A stretch of 64,000 nucleotides of DNA from an uncultured Gemmatimonadales bacterium. GTDB taxonomy: Bacteria; Gemmatimonadota; Gemmatimonadetes; Longimicrobiales; RSA9. A program made the translations under genes and the position numbers. The stretch is from positions 1,088,001 to 1,152,000 of the forward strand of contig CAWFKH010000003.1 in the NCBI GenBank assembly GCA_963816355.1. The letters run 5' to 3'. The notes beneath the pieces were generated by a model. That model was not told the DNA's origin. It ran no database searches and worked only from the letters and a program-made list of their open reading frames with translations. Shown in pieces: positions 1 through 9,174 of this stretch (position 1 is its first letter; every line of letters begins with the position of its first letter).

Positions 1-231
1 GTGGGCGGCATCGTCGACATCGTGCGGGACGGCGAGACGGGGCTGCTCGTGCCGCCAGCCGACGCGGGGGCGCTCGCGGCGGCGATCGAGCTTCTCGCGG
101 CGGATCGCGCGCTGGCGCGTCGTCTGGGCCGGGGCGGCCGGGCGCTGGCGGAGGAGGAGTTCGCGTGGCCCGTGATCATCGCGCGTCTCGTGGAGGTGTA
201 CGCGTCGGTCGTGGCGCGAGGCGCGCGGTGA
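1..231 (+). CDS. GT4 (GT-B) glycosyltransferase, C-terminal part (truncated by window start)
   Basis: GGIVDIVRDGETGLLVPPADAGALAAAI...F.W motif typical of GT4 C-terminal domains. Confidence 0.85.
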   Translation: MGGIVDIVRDGETGLLVPPADAGALAAAIELLAADRALARRLGRGGRALAEEEFAWPVIIARLVEVYASVVARGAR

Positions 232-241
232 GCGGGGACCG

Positions 242-1114
242 ATGCTGAATGCGCTCGTGGCGCCGCTCCTGCGGGCGAGGCGCCATGCGGCTGTCCTCCG
301 CGCGGAGCGAATCCTACGGAGCGCCGTGCCGCCGCTCGACCGCGTCGCGAAGCGGGCGTACGCGGGCTACAAGCGACAGCGGCTCATCGAGGCGTGCGGC
401 GATCCGGAGTTGCGCGGGCGCTTCCTGGGCCGGGGTCCGCTGCCGCCGGGCTACGGCGAGGAGATGGACGAGCGCATCGTCGAATACCCGTGGGTGCTGT
501 CACGCCTAGCGGGCGGCGCCGGAACCCTTCTCGACGCCGGCTCGACGCTGAACTTCGACTGGATCGCCGACGACGCCCGCATCCGCGACAAGCGCGTGAT
601 CGTCTGCACACTCGCGCCCGAGGGCGTGCTCGGCCGCGCCGCCTATTCCTACCTTTACGGGGACCTGCGCGACCTCCTGCTGCGCGACGCCTGCGTGGAC
701 GCGGTCGTGTGCATCTCGACGCTGGAGCACGTCGGCATGGACAACCGGGGCTACACCGGCCGCGTGTCGGACGCCGAGCGACGGCCGGAGAGCTTCACGG
801 ACGCGGTGGCGGAGCTGGCGCGCGTGCTTAAGCCCGGAGGCCCGCTCCTGCTCACCGTCCCCTACGGCCGCCCGCAGGACCTCGGTTGGCTGCGCCAGTT
901 CGACGCCGCGCGGCTCGAGGCGGCCGTCGACGCTTTCGCCGGCGAGGCCGCCGAGATCGACTACTTCCGCCATGGAGACGGCGGCTGGCAGCGCGCCACG
1001 GCGGCCGCGTGCGCCGACGCCGAGTTCCTATGGCTGCACGGCGCGCGCGGCCGCGCGACTGCGACGCGTGCGAGCGCGGTCGCCTGCCTGCGGCTGGTCC
1101 GCGGCGCCTCGTGA
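242..1114 (+). CDS. Class I SAM-dependent methyltransferase in a glycan biosynthesis cluster
   Basis: ERIVEYPWVL, LLDAGS, CISTLEHVG and RVLKPGG motifs; TGA overlaps the next ATG. Confidence 0.8.
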   Translation: MLNALVAPLLRARRHAAVLRAERILRSAVPPLDRVAKRAYAGYKRQRLIEACGDPELRGRFLGRGPLPPGYGEEMDERIVEYPWVLSRLAGGAGTLLDAGSTLNFDWIADDARIRDKRVIVCTLAPEGVLGRAAYSYLYGDLRDLLLRDACVDAVVCISTLEHVGMDNRGYTGRVSDAERRPESFTDAVAELARVLKPGGPLLLTVPYGRPQDLGWLRQFDAARLEAAVDAFAGEAAEIDYFRHGDGGWQRATAAACADAEFLWLHGARGRATATRASAVACLRLVRGAS

Positions 1115-2241
1115 TGCTGCGCGTCCTGCACTGCATCTACGACGATCCGGCCAACCCGTGGGTCGCGGGTGGCGGCGCCGTGCGCGCGCGAGAGATCTAC
1201 CGGCGCCTGAGGGGCGACGTCGCGGTGCGCGTCGTCACCGGGCGTTATCCGGGCTCCCGGGACGGCACCGTCGATGGCGTGCGCTACGAGCGTGTCGGCG
1301 TGGCGCGGCCGTACGCGGCGAGTCGCCTCAGCTACGCCGTCGAAGCGGCGCGCCTCCTCCGGCGCGGCGATTACGACGTCGCCGTCTACGATTTTTCGGT
1401 CTACGCGCCGATCCTGGTTCCGCTCGCGCCGGCTCCGGTCGGCCTCGTGGTGCACCACCTGACCGGTCCGAGCGCCCGCGCGCGCTGGGGCCGGCCGCTC
1501 GGCGCGGCCCTCGACGCCCTCGAGCGCCGACTCCTGCGGCGCGGGCGCTGGATCAGCACGCCGTCACGGTGGACCGCCCAGCAGGTACGCGCAGTCGTGG
1601 GGCCCGATGCGACGATCCGCGCGGTGGGCGCCGGCGTCGACGATGCCTTCTTCGACGTGGATCGATCCGATGCGGGCTACCTGTTATACTTCGGCCGGCT
1701 CGACCTCTTCCAGAAGGGGCTCGACACGCTGCTGCGGGCGTTCGCACGCCTCCTGGCCGCACGGCCGGAGCTGGAGCTCCGCATCGCGGGCCGAGGCAAG
1801 GACGAGGCGCGCGTCGCGAAGCTCGCGCGGGGGCTCGGCGTGGATGCGGCGGTGAAGCTCCTCGGAGGGGTCGACGACGCGGGGCGGCTCGCGCTTTTCG
1901 CGGGCGCCACGCTGCTGGTGATGCCGTCGCGCTTCGAGGGATTCGGCCTGGTCGCGGCGGAAGCGCTCGCCGCGGGGGTGCCGGTGGTGGCGGCGGCAGC
2001 GGGCGCGCTCCCGGAAGTGGTCGGTTCCGCCGGGGCGTGCGTCGCGCCGGACGACGAGGAGGCGCTGGCCGCCGCGCTCGAGGCGCTCCTCGCCGATCCG
2101 GAGCGGCTGCGCACGCTCGGCGCCGAAGCGCGGGCGTGGGCGAGGCAGTACGCGTGGGACGACGTCGCGCGGCGGCACCTCGCGTTCCTGGAGGAGATCG
2201 CGGAGGCGGCGGGAACGCGCCCGCTGGGAGGAGGCGAATGA
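1114..2241 (+). CDS. GT4 glycosyltransferase
   Basis: Start taken at ATG 1114 (TGATG overlap), not ORF-track 886; YFGRLD..QKGLD and PSRFEGFGLVAAEALAAGVPVV (EX7E) motifs. Confidence 0.9.
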   Translation: MLRVLHCIYDDPANPWVAGGGAVRAREIYRRLRGDVAVRVVTGRYPGSRDGTVDGVRYERVGVARPYAASRLSYAVEAARLLRRGDYDVAVYDFSVYAPILVPLAPAPVGLVVHHLTGPSARARWGRPLGAALDALERRLLRRGRWISTPSRWTAQQVRAVVGPDATIRAVGAGVDDAFFDVDRSDAGYLLYFGRLDLFQKGLDTLLRAFARLLAARPELELRIAGRGKDEARVAKLARGLGVDAAVKLLGGVDDAGRLALFAGATLLVMPSRFEGFGLVAAEALAAGVPVVAAAAGALPEVVGSAGACVAPDDEEALAAALEALLADPERLRTLGAEARAWARQYAWDDVARRHLAFLEEIAEAAGTRPLGGGE

Positions 2242-4568
2242 GCGGCAAGGCGAGAGCGGTCGGCTGGGCGGCGCTGGTCTACTTCGGGCTCGCGGTGGTC
2301 TACTTCTTCCCCGCCTTCGCGCCCGGCAAGATCCTGTACGGCAGCGACTACCTGGCCGGCGGCTACTTCTTTCAGGAGTTCGTGTCGGCGCGCTTCGCGG
2401 CGGGCGCCCTTCCGAAATGGGTCCCCTACCTCTACGGCGGGCTGCCGCTCTTCGCGAACCCGGGCAGCGCGTTTCACCCGTTCCGTTTCCTAGCTGATCT
2501 CTTTTTCTCCGCCGCCTACATCCTGCCGGCGATCTTCGTGTTGCAGTTCGCCCTTGCCGGTCTCGGCATGTACCTGCTGGCGCGGGAGCTGGGTGTGCGG
2601 GCGTGGGCGGCGGGCGTGGCCGGCCTCGCGTTCGAGATGAGCGGTCTGGCGATGTCGTTCGTGCACGCCGGCCAGGACGGCCGCATCATCGTCGCGACCT
2701 CCGCTCCGCTCTTCTTCTTCTTCCTGCATCGCGGCGTACGCACCGGCGGTGTCGGCGCGTTCGTCGGAGCCGCGGCGACGGCCGCCTTCACGCTGCTCAG
2801 CTTCCAGATCCAGAGCAACTACTACATGCTGCTCGGTGGCGCCCTGTGGGCCCTCTTCTGTCTCTGGCACCTGGGATACTTCCGGCGCCCGCGGGCGTTC
2901 ACGGCGCGCCTCGCCCTCGGCCTCGGAGCCGTCGCCTTCGCCTTCGCGACGGCGTCCGTGAACTTTCTCCCTTTCCTCGACTACGTCGACCAGTCGCCGC
3001 GCGGCGGGAGCGGGAAGGGGTACGAATACGCGACGTCGTGGGCGATGCCGCCGGTCGAGACGATCGGCCTCGCGGTGCCGGAACAGGCCGGCATCCTGGA
3101 GAATTACCGCGGCGAGAACCCGATCAAGCTCCACACCGAGTACGTGGGTGCGCTCGTCGTGGGACTGCTCTTCCTGGGTGTGTTCTACTCGCGCCGGAAC
3201 CGCTACTGGTGGTTCTTCCTCGGTCTCACGTTCGTGGCGCTCAGCATCTCCTTCGGCGCTCACACGCCGATCTACCATCTCTACTACGATTTCCTCCCCG
3301 GAACGAAGAAGTTTCGATCTCCCTCGATCTCCTTCTTCCTTGTCGTCCTTTCCCTGGTGGCGATGGCGGCGCTGACGCTGGAGGAGTTGGCCCGCCGCAG
3401 GGAGGAGCGCGAGACGCGACGGGGGCGGACGGCAGCAGCCGGCGCCGATCCTCTGCGCTGGGTGCCGTGGATCCTGGGCGCGCTCCTCGGACTCGCCGTC
3501 CTCGGCGCGGGGCTCAACGGAGCGGGGCCCGGCGCGCCCGCCGCCGCCGCGGCGCGCCAGCTCGGCTATCTCCGCTTCGGCTTCTTCCTCGCGCTCACCG
3601 GGGCGGGCTTGTGGCTGTGGATCGCGGGCCGGCTGTCCGCGCGGTGGGTGGCGGTGGGGCTCGCCCTGGTCACGGTGATCGACCTCTGGGTCATCGACCG
3701 CAAGTTCTTTGAGACGATCGAGGGACCGGCGCGTCTCTTCGCGGCCGACGACGTGGTGGATTTCCTGCGCTCGCAGCCGGGCCCGTTCCGCGTGTGGGCG
3801 CTGCCGTTCCCGCCGGGCCAGACGTACGCGCGCGCGGGTACGGACTACCTGATGGGGTTCGGGATCGATCAGGCGGGCGGAGAGCACAGCGACCCGATCC
3901 AGCGTTACCTCGAGGTCGTGGGTGCCGGCAGCCGGAGCATGACCGACTGGCACAACTTCCTGCAGGACCCGGTCTTCATGGACGCGGCCAACGTGAAGTA
4001 CCTCCTCACGGGGGTCGAGCTTCAGGGACCGGAGTTCCGCGAGGTTCACCGCTCGCCTTACGGCATCGTCTACGAAAAGGTCACCGCCCTGCCGCGCGCC
4101 TACCTCGTGCCTGCCGTCCAGGTGGCGACGCCGCCGGACGGCGCCCTCGCCGCGATGCGTCGCTCCGGCTTCGACCCGCGCCGCGAGGCCGTCCTCTACG
4201 CGCCGCCGCCGCGCCCGCTGCCGGGCGGGCCGCTGACGGGATCGGCGACGGTGTCCCAGTACACGCCGGACCGCGTCGTGGTGGAGACGAGCAGCGACCG
4301 TGGCGCGCTGCTCGTCCTCGCCGACAATTACTACGACGGGTGGCATGCCGAAGTCGACGGGACCAGCGCGCCGATCCTGCAGACCGACCACGCCTTCCGC
4401 GGCGTCGAGGTGGCCGCCGGCCGGCACACAGTCGTCTTCCGCTTCGAGCCGGCGGACCTGGCGCTCGGCTTCCGCATCTACGTCGTCTGTCTCGCGCTGC
4501 TCGGCGGCTTCGGCCTCTTCGCCCTCGTCCGCGCCTGGAGGCGCCGCTCCGCAGCCGTGGCCGGATGA
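2238..4568 (+). CDS. YfhO-like multi-pass membrane protein (GT-C fold glycosyltransferase)
   Basis: Start at ATG 2238 (ATGA overlap); first loop YGSDYLAG and LPKWVPYLYGGLPLFANP; many TM helices; C-terminal LVLADNYYDGWHAEVDG...FRGVEV..G.H.VVFRFEP typical of YfhO. Confidence 0.8.
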   Translation: MSGKARAVGWAALVYFGLAVVYFFPAFAPGKILYGSDYLAGGYFFQEFVSARFAAGALPKWVPYLYGGLPLFANPGSAFHPFRFLADLFFSAAYILPAIFVLQFALAGLGMYLLARELGVRAWAAGVAGLAFEMSGLAMSFVHAGQDGRIIVATSAPLFFFFLHRGVRTGGVGAFVGAAATAAFTLLSFQIQSNYYMLLGGALWALFCLWHLGYFRRPRAFTARLALGLGAVAFAFATASVNFLPFLDYVDQSPRGGSGKGYEYATSWAMPPVETIGLAVPEQAGILENYRGENPIKLHTEYVGALVVGLLFLGVFYSRRNRYWWFFLGLTFVALSISFGAHTPIYHLYYDFLPGTKKFRSPSISFFLVVLSLVAMAALTLEELARRREERETRRGRTAAAGADPLRWVPWILGALLGLAVLGAGLNGAGPGAPAAAAARQLGYLRFGFFLALTGAGLWLWIAGRLSARWVAVGLALVTVIDLWVIDRKFFETIEGPARLFAADDVVDFLRSQPGPFRVWALPFPPGQTYARAGTDYLMGFGIDQAGGEHSDPIQRYLEVVGAGSRSMTDWHNFLQDPVFMDAANVKYLLTGVELQGPEFREVHRSPYGIVYEKVTALPRAYLVPAVQVATPPDGALAAMRRSGFDPRREAVLYAPPPRPLPGGPLTGSATVSQYTPDRVVVETSSDRGALLVLADNYYDGWHAEVDGTSAPILQTDHAFRGVEVAAGRHTVVFRFEPADLALGFRIYVVCLALLGGFGLFALVRAWRRRSAAVAG

Positions 4569-5503
4569 GGGGCGGGCGCATCGCGCGCCGCGCCGCCGGC
4601 GCCGCCCTCGTCGTCGCCGCGTTCGCGTTTCTGTCGCGGGCGGTGGCGCAGGACTGGGGTCGGCTGCGCGCCTACCAGTGGCACGTAGAGCTGCTTCCGC
4701 TGCTCGGCAGCGTCGCGGCGCTGCTGCTCGTCTTCTGCTTCGGCGTCCTCGGCTGGAGCCGCGCCTTCGCCTGCCTCGACTCGACGCGCGTCCGCTACGG
4801 GACGCTCCTGCGCATCTGGTTCCTGTCGAACCTCGCGCGCTACGTGCCGGGCAAGGTGTGGCAGTTCGTCGGCGCCGCACAGCTCGCCCGCAGTGAAGGG
4901 ATCCCCGCCGCGGTGCTGCTCACGTCGCTGCTCGCGAACGCGGGCTTCACGCTGCTCGGCGCGATGATCGTCGCCGCGGCCACGCTCCCGGCCGGCGCCT
5001 GGCTCGGTCGTGCCCTTCCGGGCGGCGGCCACCTTCCGCCGGGCCTCTGGCTCGCGACGTCCTGCACCCTCCTCTCGCTCGTCCTCGTCCACCCGCTCGT
5101 CCTGAACTGGGGACTGCGGCTGGTGCCCCGCTGGCTCCACCGAACGGTCCTCGTGTGGAACGGCCGCTGGGTGGATGGCGTTCTCCTCCTCATGATCGCC
5201 GTGGTCGGCTGGATCGCCTACGGGGCCGCGCTACTCCTCTTCGTCCGCTCGCTCTTCCCTCCCCCGGCGGGCGCGCTCGCGGCGTTGACCGGCGCCAACG
5301 CCGCGGCCTTCGCGGCGGGCTACGTCGTCATCATCGCGCCCGCCGGGCTCGGCGCCCGTGAGCTGTCGATGGCGGCGCTGCTGCGGCCGATTCTGCCTGA
5401 AGGCGTGGCGGTGGTGGTGGCGGTGGGATCGAGGCTGTGGATCGTCGCGGCGGAGCTCGTCGGCGCGGGGCTGGCGCTCGTCGCGATGCGGCGCCGCCGC
5501 TAG
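4565..5503 (+). CDS. Lysylphosphatidylglycerol-synthase TM-domain (flippase-like) membrane protein
   Basis: Start at ATG 4565 (ATGA overlap); SNLARYVPGKVW and IIAPAGLGARE motifs; hydrophobic throughout. Confidence 0.75.
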   Translation: MRGGRIARRAAGAALVVAAFAFLSRAVAQDWGRLRAYQWHVELLPLLGSVAALLLVFCFGVLGWSRAFACLDSTRVRYGTLLRIWFLSNLARYVPGKVWQFVGAAQLARSEGIPAAVLLTSLLANAGFTLLGAMIVAAATLPAGAWLGRALPGGGHLPPGLWLATSCTLLSLVLVHPLVLNWGLRLVPRWLHRTVLVWNGRWVDGVLLLMIAVVGWIAYGAALLLFVRSLFPPPAGALAALTGANAAAFAAGYVVIIAPAGLGARELSMAALLRPILPEGVAVVVAVGSRLWIVAAELVGAGLALVAMRRRR

Positions 5504-5550
5504 CCTCGCTCCTGCGCTCGCGCGGCGAGCGGTGCGCTCCGCCCGCGGCG

Positions 5551-6513
5551 CTATCCGCGCGACAGGAGGCGACGCTCGAGGCTCTCGATCTGGGCGTGCT
5601 GCTGCGCCACGAGCTCGGCGAGGAAGCCGAAGCCGAAGAGCAGGAACCCGAGCGTCTCCAGCAGGATGACGAGGTAGAGCAGCGGCCGGAAGCCGAATGG
5701 CGGCATCGCGTGCGCGATGCGCAACACGATCGTGAGCAGGCCCACCAGCACGCCCAGGCCGGCCATCACGAGCCCCGTCACGCCGAACAGGAGGAGCGGC
5801 TTGCGGGAAAAGAAGAGGAAGAAGGCGACCGACATCAGATCGAGCAGCCCGACCACGATCCGACCGCGCCCGCCGTACTTCGGCCTCCCGTGCCGCCGCG
5901 GGTGCAGCGTGATGTCGAGCTCGCTGACGGAGAAGCCGCGCGCGTAGGCCAGCACGACGAAGAAGCGGTGCCAATCGTGGCGGAGGTGGATCTCGTCGAG
6001 GACCTCGGACCGGAAGCCCTTCATCGAGTTGAGATCGCTCACCGGCACCCTGAAGATGAGGCGGTTCAGCAGGTTGTAGGTGCGCGACACGGTCGCCTTG
6101 TCGTAGCGGCCGATCTTGCGGCCGGTCACGATGTCGGCGCCCGCCGCGAGCGCGGCGAGAAAACGGGGGATCTCTTCCGTCGAGTGCTGCAGATCCGCGT
6201 CGAAGAGGATGAGCCAGCGCGCGGTGGTGGCGTGGGCGGCCGTCAGCAGCGCCTCCGTCTTGCCGAAGTTGCGCCGGTGCCGCAGGACGCGGAAGCGTGG
6301 CCAGTCCCGCGTCAAGCTTTCGGCGCGCTCCGCAGTCCCGTCGCTGGAGCCGTCGTCCACCAGCAGCACCTCGCCGTCCAGGCCGTGGCGCTCGAACGTA
6401 CCGCGCAGCTCCGCCACGAGCTCGTCGATGTTCTCGACCTCGTCGTACGCGGGCACGACGAGCGCGAAGTCGCTTCGTGCCTCCAGCGGCAGGACCGCAG
6501 CGTCGTCGTCCAT
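5551..6513 (-). CDS. GT2 polyprenol-phosphate glycosyltransferase (ArnC/GtrB/DPM1-like) with two C-terminal TM helices
   Basis: VVPAYDE, LVDDGSSDGT, RNFGK, FDADLQH motifs; 10 nt downstream of rpoN. Confidence 0.88.
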   Translation of the reverse strand: MDDDAAVLPLEARSDFALVVPAYDEVENIDELVAELRGTFERHGLDGEVLLVDDGSSDGTAERAESLTRDWPRFRVLRHRRNFGKTEALLTAAHATTARWLILFDADLQHSTEEIPRFLAALAAGADIVTGRKIGRYDKATVSRTYNLLNRLIFRVPVSDLNSMKGFRSEVLDEIHLRHDWHRFFVVLAYARGFSVSELDITLHPRRHGRPKYGGRGRIVVGLLDLMSVAFFLFFSRKPLLLFGVTGLVMAGLGVLVGLLTIVLRIAHAMPPFGFRPLLYLVILLETLGFLLFGFGFLAELVAQQHAQIESLERRLLSRG

Positions 6514-6523
6514 CGCCGTCGGG

Positions 6524-7978
6524 TCAGACCCGCTTCCGCATGCGCGCGGAGAGGATGCCGAGCTGGTCGCGGTACTTCGCCACCGTCCGTCGCGCGATCT
6601 GGATCCCCTCCTCCTTCAGGATGTTGACGATCGCCTGGTCGGTCAGAGGCTTCTTCGGGTTCTCGTCGTCGACGAGCTTCTGGATCTTCGCCTTGATTCC
6701 ACGGGCGCTCACGTCCTCGCCGGACGTCGTCGAGAGACCGCTGGAGAAGAAGAACTTGAGCGGCAGCACGCCGCGCGGCGTCTGCACGAACTTCTCGTTG
6801 GTGACGCGCGATACGGTCGATTCGTGCATGTCGATCACCTCGGCCACCTCGCGCAGCGTCAGCGGCTTCAGGTACTGCACGCCCTTCTCGAAGAACTCGC
6901 GCTGCCGGTCGACGATGAAGTTCATCACCTTCAGCATCGTCTGGCGCCGCTGCTCGATCGCCTGGATCATCCAGTTGGCGCTGTTCAGCTTGTTGGAGAT
7001 GAACTCCTTGTTCTCGCCCTGGAACTTGTTCTTGTCGCGCGCGATCTCGCGGTAGGCGCGCGACAGCCGCAACCGCGGCATGTTCGTGTCGTTGAGGAAC
7101 ACCATGTACTCACCGTCGATCTTGTCGACGATCAGGTCCGGCGTGATGTAGTCGTCCTTCGCGGCGGAGTACTTGAGGCCGGGCTTCGGATCGAGCTTCG
7201 CGACCTCGTCGGCCGCCGTTTGCACCTCTTTCGGCGAGACGGACAGCTCTTTCGATATCTCGGACCAGCGATGGTTGATCAGGTCCTCGTAATATTCGCG
7301 GACAATGCGGTCGGCGAGGCTGTCGCTGCGCTCTCCGTCGCGGAGCTGGAGGAGCAGGCACTCGCGCAGGTCGCGGGCGGCGATCCCGGGCGGATCGAAC
7401 CCCTGGATCGTCCGCAGCATCTGCTCCGCATCCTCCATCGTGAACGGCTTCAGCTCCGCCTCGGACTCCGCCCACTCGGCGCCGAACTCCTCGAGCCATT
7501 CGTTGAGCGGCTCGATCACTTCCTCGAGCGAACAGGTGAGATAGCCGTCGTCGTCGATGTTGCCGATGATCTCCTCGCCCAGCAGGATGGCGCGCTCGTC
7601 CATCGGCATCAGCACGAGCTGGTCGCGGAGATGGTCGGCCAGGTCGCGCGTCTCGACCGGCACGGCCTCGTAGTATTCCTTCTGCTCGTACTCCGCCTTC
7701 CGTCCGCCGGCGTCGAAGCCGTCCAGGAGGATCTCCTCCCAGTCGATCTCGTCTTGCTCCTTTTCCTTCTCCTTCTCCTTCTCGTTCGTCTCCGGCTCCG
7801 CCTCCGCGGCGGGCGCCTCGAGCTCCAGGAACGGGTTGTTGAGCAGCTCCTGGTTGATATGCTGCTGCAGGTCCATCAGAGGCATGTACAGGAGGTCCAT
7901 CGCCTGGTAGAGGCGAGGATTGATCTTCATCTCCTGCCTGAGATGCGTGCCCTGATACAGTCCCGTCTTCATGCTCAT
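6524..7978 (-). CDS. rpoN: RNA polymerase sigma-54 factor
   Basis: Q/L-rich region I, HESTVSR helix-turn-helix, RpoN box ARRTVAKYR. Confidence 0.98.
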   Translation of the reverse strand: MSMKTGLYQGTHLRQEMKINPRLYQAMDLLYMPLMDLQQHINQELLNNPFLELEAPAAEAEPETNEKEKEKEKEQDEIDWEEILLDGFDAGGRKAEYEQKEYYEAVPVETRDLADHLRDQLVLMPMDERAILLGEEIIGNIDDDGYLTCSLEEVIEPLNEWLEEFGAEWAESEAELKPFTMEDAEQMLRTIQGFDPPGIAARDLRECLLLQLRDGERSDSLADRIVREYYEDLINHRWSEISKELSVSPKEVQTAADEVAKLDPKPGLKYSAAKDDYITPDLIVDKIDGEYMVFLNDTNMPRLRLSRAYREIARDKNKFQGENKEFISNKLNSANWMIQAIEQRRQTMLKVMNFIVDRQREFFEKGVQYLKPLTLREVAEVIDMHESTVSRVTNEKFVQTPRGVLPLKFFFSSGLSTTSGEDVSARGIKAKIQKLVDDENPKKPLTDQAIVNILKEEGIQIARRTVAKYRDQLGILSARMRKRV

Positions 7979-9174
7979 GCAACACCCGGTCTGGCATAGC
8001 GCTCCCGCATTCGCGCGGTAAGCGTAGGCCCTAAGTAGATCTCCGCAACTTCGTCGTTCCAGACGAGTTCTGCCACCGTCCCCGACGCCCGCACCCGCCC
8101 ATCGTACATGATGTATGCCCGATCCACGATGTCGAGGGTCTGCTCGACGTTGTGGTCCGTGATGATCACGCCGATGCCGCGGTGCCGCAGCCCGGCGACG
8201 ATCTGCTGGATGTCGTGCACAGCGATCGGGTCGACCCCTGCAAACGGTTCGTCCAGCAACATGAACTTCGGCTCGCTCACCAGCGCCCGCGTGATTTCCA
8301 GCCGCCGCCGTTCGCCGCCGGAGAGTGAGTACGCCTTCGCCTTGCGAAGGTGCTTGATCGAGAGCTCGTCCAGCAGCCGCTCCAGGCGCTCCCGCCGCTC
8401 ACTGCGGCTCAGCGGAAGCGTCTGCAGGATCGCCATGATGTTCTCTTCCACCGTGAGCTTGCGGAAGATCGACGGCTCCTGCGCGAGGTAGCCGATCCCG
8501 CGCCGCGCGCGTCGGTACATCGGCACGTCCGTCAGCTCCACGTCGTCCAGATAGACGACGCCGCCGGTAGGCGGAATCAGCCCGACGATCATGTAGAAGC
8601 ACGTCGTCTTCCCCGCGCCGTTCGGTCCCAGCAGGCCCACGATCTCGCCCTGCGTGACCTGCAGGTCCATGTCGTTGACCACTTTGCGACGGCGGTAGAT
8701 CTTGACGAGGTTCTTCGCCTCCAGCGTGCTGCGGCCGTTGCCCTCCGCCCGCGCCGCCGATCCCTCCTCCCCACCCTGCGGCGCCAGCAGCGCGTGGACC
8801 CGCTCCGCGAGCAGCGTCGCCAGCCGATTCCGCTCCGGCGCCGTCGCCGCCCACACGCCTGGCAGGATTCGCACCCGCTCCCATTCCGCGCCCTCCGGCT
8901 CGGCCTGCGCGATGCCCCGTGAGGCCAGCGGGCGGAGCACGTGCTCCTCCAGGTACTGCGCCAACTGATCGGCCGGAACCATGCCGACCGCCGCGCGGCC
9001 CGCTCCGCCCCGGGTCTCGGCCGCGTACGCCTGCCGTACCGCCGCCAGCCACTCGCCTCGGTCCGTGGCGCCGCCGCCATCCGCCAGCCGCACCAGCTCG
9101 CACAGCGCCAGTGCGATCGACGCGTCGTGCGACCGAAGCGTCTCGGCGTAGTCGAGGATCGGCTGAGCGCTCAT
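7975..9174 (-). CDS. lptB: LPS export ABC ATPase LptB with about 150 aa extra N-terminal domain
   Basis: GPNGAGKT, YLAQEPSIF, LSGGERRR, LLDEPFAGVDP, ITDHNV; start ATG 9174 overlaps the upstream TGA. Confidence 0.93.
   Translation of the reverse strand: MSAQPILDYAETLRSHDASIALALCELVRLADGGGATDRGEWLAAVRQAYAAETRGGAGRAAVGMVPADQLAQYLEEHVLRPLASRGIAQAEPEGAEWERVRILPGVWAATAPERNRLATLLAERVHALLAPQGGEEGSAARAEGNGRSTLEAKNLVKIYRRRKVVNDMDLQVTQGEIVGLLGPNGAGKTTCFYMIVGLIPPTGGVVYLDDVELTDVPMYRRARRGIGYLAQEPSIFRKLTVEENIMAILQTLPLSRSERRERLERLLDELSIKHLRKAKAYSLSGGERRRLEITRALVSEPKFMLLDEPFAGVDPIAVHDIQQIVAGLRHRGIGVIITDHNVEQTLDIVDRAYIMYDGRVRASGTVAELVWNDEVAEIYLGPTLTARMRERYARPGVA
8021..8048 (-). promoter_or_regulatory. Possible internal sigma70 promoter for rpoN inside the lptB 3' end
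   Basis: TTGCGG-N16-TACGCT in a patch of atypical A/T-ending codons about 40 nt upstream of the rpoN ATG. Confidence 0.35.

Noticed and set aside
972..2237. N-terminal part of the 1198-aa ORF 972-4568
   Set aside because: Arg/Ala-rich off-frame read of the GT4 gene; the real protein starts at the ATGA overlap at 2238. The same applies to over-extended ORF-track starts for nuoG, nuoL, nuoC, sdhB, plsX, acpP and others.
5515..5531. Hairpin CGCTCGC-gcg-GCGAGCG between convergent genes as an intrinsic terminator
   Set aside because: Short GC stem with no U-tract on either strand; could easily arise by chance at this GC content.
7975..8010. sigma54 (-24/-12) autoregulatory site upstream of rpoN
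   Set aside because: TGGCAT and TTGCA occur but not with GG-N10-GC spacing on one strand.
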